Shown one piece after another: positions 27,584 through 30,186 of a stretch of DNA of 30,186 nt; within the stretch, counting starts at the first letter, position 1, and every line of letters starts with the position of its first letter. The DNA is from Archangium sp. (GTDB lineage Bacteria > Myxococcota > Myxococcia > Myxococcales > Myxococcaceae). The translations under genes were made by a program, and so were the position numbers. Location of the stretch: positions 1-30,186 of the forward strand of contig JANLPS010000256.1 in assembly GCA_031367385.1 (NCBI GenBank). The letters are read 5' to 3'. The notes under the pieces are model-generated. The model was not told the DNA's origin and searched no databases. It saw only the letters and a list, made by a program, of their open reading frames with translations.

Positions 27584-28498
27584 TCAGGTCGCGGCAGCGG
27601 CGGTGAGCCTGGCCACGTTGACCACGGCGGTCGCCGGGCCCTCGGGGCAGACGTCGAGAAACTTGAGCTTGGCGCGCGAGGTGAAGCTGTTGCGGCGAAT
27701 CATCGAGCCGAGCTGCTGCAGCACGATGCGCGTCTTCTCGAGCCCTTGATCGAGCGCGGCGAAGACATCGGTGCCCGGCCCTCGGTAGAGCTCGCGCGTC
27801 GCCACGTTGGTCTGCGGCAACGACTTGAAGCGCCCCAGCGGCGAGCCCAGCGCCAGCGAGTACAGGTAGAGCCCGCGCATCCACCCGTCGACTTGCAGCT
27901 TGGTCGGCGCTTCACCAAATGCGTCTTGCGACGAGACCCGCATCAGCTCGTACAGCCCGCGCCCGATGCCCTGCCCGCCTCGCTCTTTTCGAATCTGCAG
28001 CTTGGCCCGCACGGCCGGCGTGCCCACCAAGGGGCTCCCGTGCAGGTCTTGCATGAGGAGCAGGGCCTGAGCCCACTCGATGCGGTTGCGCGCGGCCACC
28101 ATGCTCTCGCGCGGCTTGCGGTGGCTCACCAGCAGCCGCTGCATGGTCGGCTCGAGCTCGCGTTCGACGATCAATTGGGTGAAGTAGCCGGCGATGAAGG
28201 CAAGGCCGGCTTCGACGCCGACCAGGGCCCCGTTCGAGACCAGCTCAGCGGCCTTGAGGCCAAATGCCACGGGGGCGGTGTCACGCAGCAGCCGTGAGAA
28301 GTGTGGGGGCTCAGACTGCCCGAGCCAGGCATTCACGCTCAGCTTGAACCCACCGTACCAGGGCAACTCGGGCAGCGCGGCGCCGAAGCGGGCGTACTCG
28401 AGGTCTTCGCCGAGGGCTTTCGAGAACTCAGCCGGGAGCTTCGTGATTTGGGCCGAGAGCCGCTCGACCGCGGTCAGAGAGGTCAACAAAGAAGGCAT
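27584..28498 (-). CDS. Zinc-dependent phospholipase C-like protein, apparently catalytically degenerate
   Basis: Motif order MP..L / GA.LP(E) / AFIAGYFTQL.VE..LEP / RNRIE parallels Zn_dep_PLPC proteins but without the His/Asp ligands. Confidence 0.55.
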   Translation of the reverse strand: MPSLLTSLTAVERLSAQITKLPAEFSKALGEDLEYARFGAALPELPWYGGFKLSVNAWLGQSEPPHFSRLLRDTAPVAFGLKAAELVSNGALVGVEAGLAFIAGYFTQLIVERELEPTMQRLLVSHRKPRESMVAARNRIEWAQALLLMQDLHGSPLVGTPAVRAKLQIRKERGGQGIGRGLYELMRVSSQDAFGEAPTKLQVDGWMRGLYLYSLALGSPLGRFKSLPQTNVATRELYRGPGTDVFAALDQGLEKTRIVLQQLGSMIRRNSFTSRAKLKFLDVCPEGPATAVVNVARLTAAAAT

Positions 28499-28583
28499 TG
28501 CAGAGCCAATGTACCTTTCCTGTGGCCCTTCTGAAGCCGTTCGCTAGGGTACCGGTGCTTTTTTCCATGGAGCAGGCCCCAAC

Positions 28584-30149
28584 ATGAATTTCGTTTTCGG
28601 CTCCGGCGACGCCTCCAAGGCGCGCGCTGACGTGCTCGTTCTCCCTGTTTTCGATACCGATCTCACCGACCGCAAGGCGCCCCCGAACGCGGTGCAGCGG
28701 CTCGACAAGAAGCTGCGTGGGTTGCTGCTCAAGCTGAGCGCGCAAGAGGGGTTCAAGGGCAAGACCGATCAGGTCAACGTGGTGCAGACCCACGGCAAGC
28801 TCGCGGCGACCCGCGTGCTGCTGGTGGGGCTCGGCTCACGCGCGAAATTCACCAACGAAACGTTGCGCTTGGCGGCGGGCCAGGCGGTCAAGGCGGCCAA
28901 CCGGCTCAAGGCGCGAAACGTCGCGGTGCAGCTGCCGGTGTTGCGCGAGGTCGATCAGGCCCTGCGCGCGGTGGTCGAGGGCTTCGAGTTGGGCGGCTAC
29001 AAGTACGATCGCTGGCGCACGACGAACGCCGAAGAGAAGAAGGCGCCTCGCACCGAGCGGGTGCAGCTGCTGCTGCCGGTTGGCGTGAAGAAAGACAAAG
29101 CGCTCGAGGCCGCGGTCAAGCTGGGTCAGTCGATCGCCACCTCGACCAACTGGGCACGAGATCTGGTCAACGAGCCCGCGGGCACGATGACGCCGACGAT
29201 TCTGGCCGATGAAGCCAAGCGCATGGCCAAAGAGGCTGGCCTCGCGATTCACGTGCTCGATCGAAAGAAGATCGAAGAGCTCAAGATGGGCATGTTTCTC
29301 GGAGTCGCCCGCGGCAGCGTCGAGGAGCCCAAGCTGGTGCACCTCTCGTACGTGCCGAAGAACGCCGAGCAGGCGAAGCAGCCGCCGGTGTGCATCGTCG
29401 GCAAGGCGATCACGTTCGACTCCGGTGGCCTCTCGCTCAAGCCGTCAGACGGCATGCTCGACATGAAGACCGACATGGCTGGCTCGGCCGCGATGCTCGG
29501 CGCGATGCGGGTGATCGCCCAGATTGCGCCGCCTTTCCCCGTGTTTGGGTTCTTCGGGGCCTGCGAGAACATGCCGGCGGGCAATGCGTACCGGTTGGGT
29601 GACGTGCTCGTCTCGCGACTGGGCAAGACGGTCGAGATCACGAACACCGACGCCGAGGGGCGCCTGGTTCTCGGTGACATTCTCGCCTACGCGAATGAGT
29701 TCAAGCCGGCGGCGCTGATTGACCTGGCGACGTTGACGGGTGCCTGCATCGTCGCGCTCGGCAATTACATCACTGGCGCGTTCGGTGATGACGACCAGCT
29801 GATGTGGAACGTGCTCGAAGCCGGCCGCACGTCGGGCGAGGCGCTGTGGCGCTTGCCGATTTCTGACTTTCAGAAAGACGTGCTCAAGAGCGACGTGGCC
29901 GACATGAAGAACTCGGGCGAGCGCTGGGGCGGTGCGATCAACGCCGCGGTGTTCTTGAAAGAGTTCGTCGGGAACACGCCATGGGTGCATTTGGACATTG
30001 CCGGCCCCTCGCAATCGCCGCGCGACCGCGGGTACTTCAGCAAGGGCGCCACCGGCGTCGGAGTCAGGACGTTGGTCGAGCTGGTGATGCGTCGCACGCA
30101 GGAGATCAGCGTGATGCAGACGTCGACACCGGTGCTCACCGAGACCTGA
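28584..30149 (+). CDS. pepA: Leucyl aminopeptidase (M17)
   Basis: GKAITFDSGG, MKTDMAG, NTDAEGRL, DLATLTGA and WVHLDIAG; GGAG ribosome-binding site. Confidence 0.96.
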   Translation: MNFVFGSGDASKARADVLVLPVFDTDLTDRKAPPNAVQRLDKKLRGLLLKLSAQEGFKGKTDQVNVVQTHGKLAATRVLLVGLGSRAKFTNETLRLAAGQAVKAANRLKARNVAVQLPVLREVDQALRAVVEGFELGGYKYDRWRTTNAEEKKAPRTERVQLLLPVGVKKDKALEAAVKLGQSIATSTNWARDLVNEPAGTMTPTILADEAKRMAKEAGLAIHVLDRKKIEELKMGMFLGVARGSVEEPKLVHLSYVPKNAEQAKQPPVCIVGKAITFDSGGLSLKPSDGMLDMKTDMAGSAAMLGAMRVIAQIAPPFPVFGFFGACENMPAGNAYRLGDVLVSRLGKTVEITNTDAEGRLVLGDILAYANEFKPAALIDLATLTGACIVALGNYITGAFGDDDQLMWNVLEAGRTSGEALWRLPISDFQKDVLKSDVADMKNSGERWGGAINAAVFLKEFVGNTPWVHLDIAGPSQSPRDRGYFSKGATGVGVRTLVELVMRRTQEISVMQTSTPVLTET

Positions 30150-30186
30150 GAAGCGCTTCGCCGTGGGGGCGTGGGCCGCGGGCGCC

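Noticed and set aside
1..30186. tRNA/rRNA genes, transposases, integrases, prophage or defence genes
   Set aside because: None were recognisable in the sequence or the ORF translations.

Overview
High-GC window from a myxobacterium (Myxococcales-like). Evidence for that assignment is the tandem MXAN_4361/4362-type small proteins, PlsB, and the Cys-rich and choice-of-anchor-D lipoproteins. The housekeeping backbone is tilS-ftsH-folP-(variable slot)-glmM, plus dsbD, acylphosphatase, plsB, an FKBP-type PPIase and pepA. There is also a divergent pair of an ScfR/RamB-type regulator and a CoA-ester lyase, and a three-gene surface operon (PafA-type alkaline phosphatase, phosphate-porin-like beta-barrel, large PHP-metallohydrolase lipoprotein). 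The most notable items outside the ORF track are: (1) a stand-alone ~130-nt sRNA candidate divergent from tilS, with its own sigma70-type promoter, three stem-loops, a C-rich anti-SD-like loop and a terminator; (2) a REP-like hairpin element present twice just after stop codons, whose arms are expanded into 7-bp and 13-bp tandem arrays; (3) a deleted and frameshifted ECF42-type sigma-factor remnant; (4) a Zn-phospholipase-C-like protein that appears to have lost all its metal ligands. Family calls come from motif recognition only; no database search was run.
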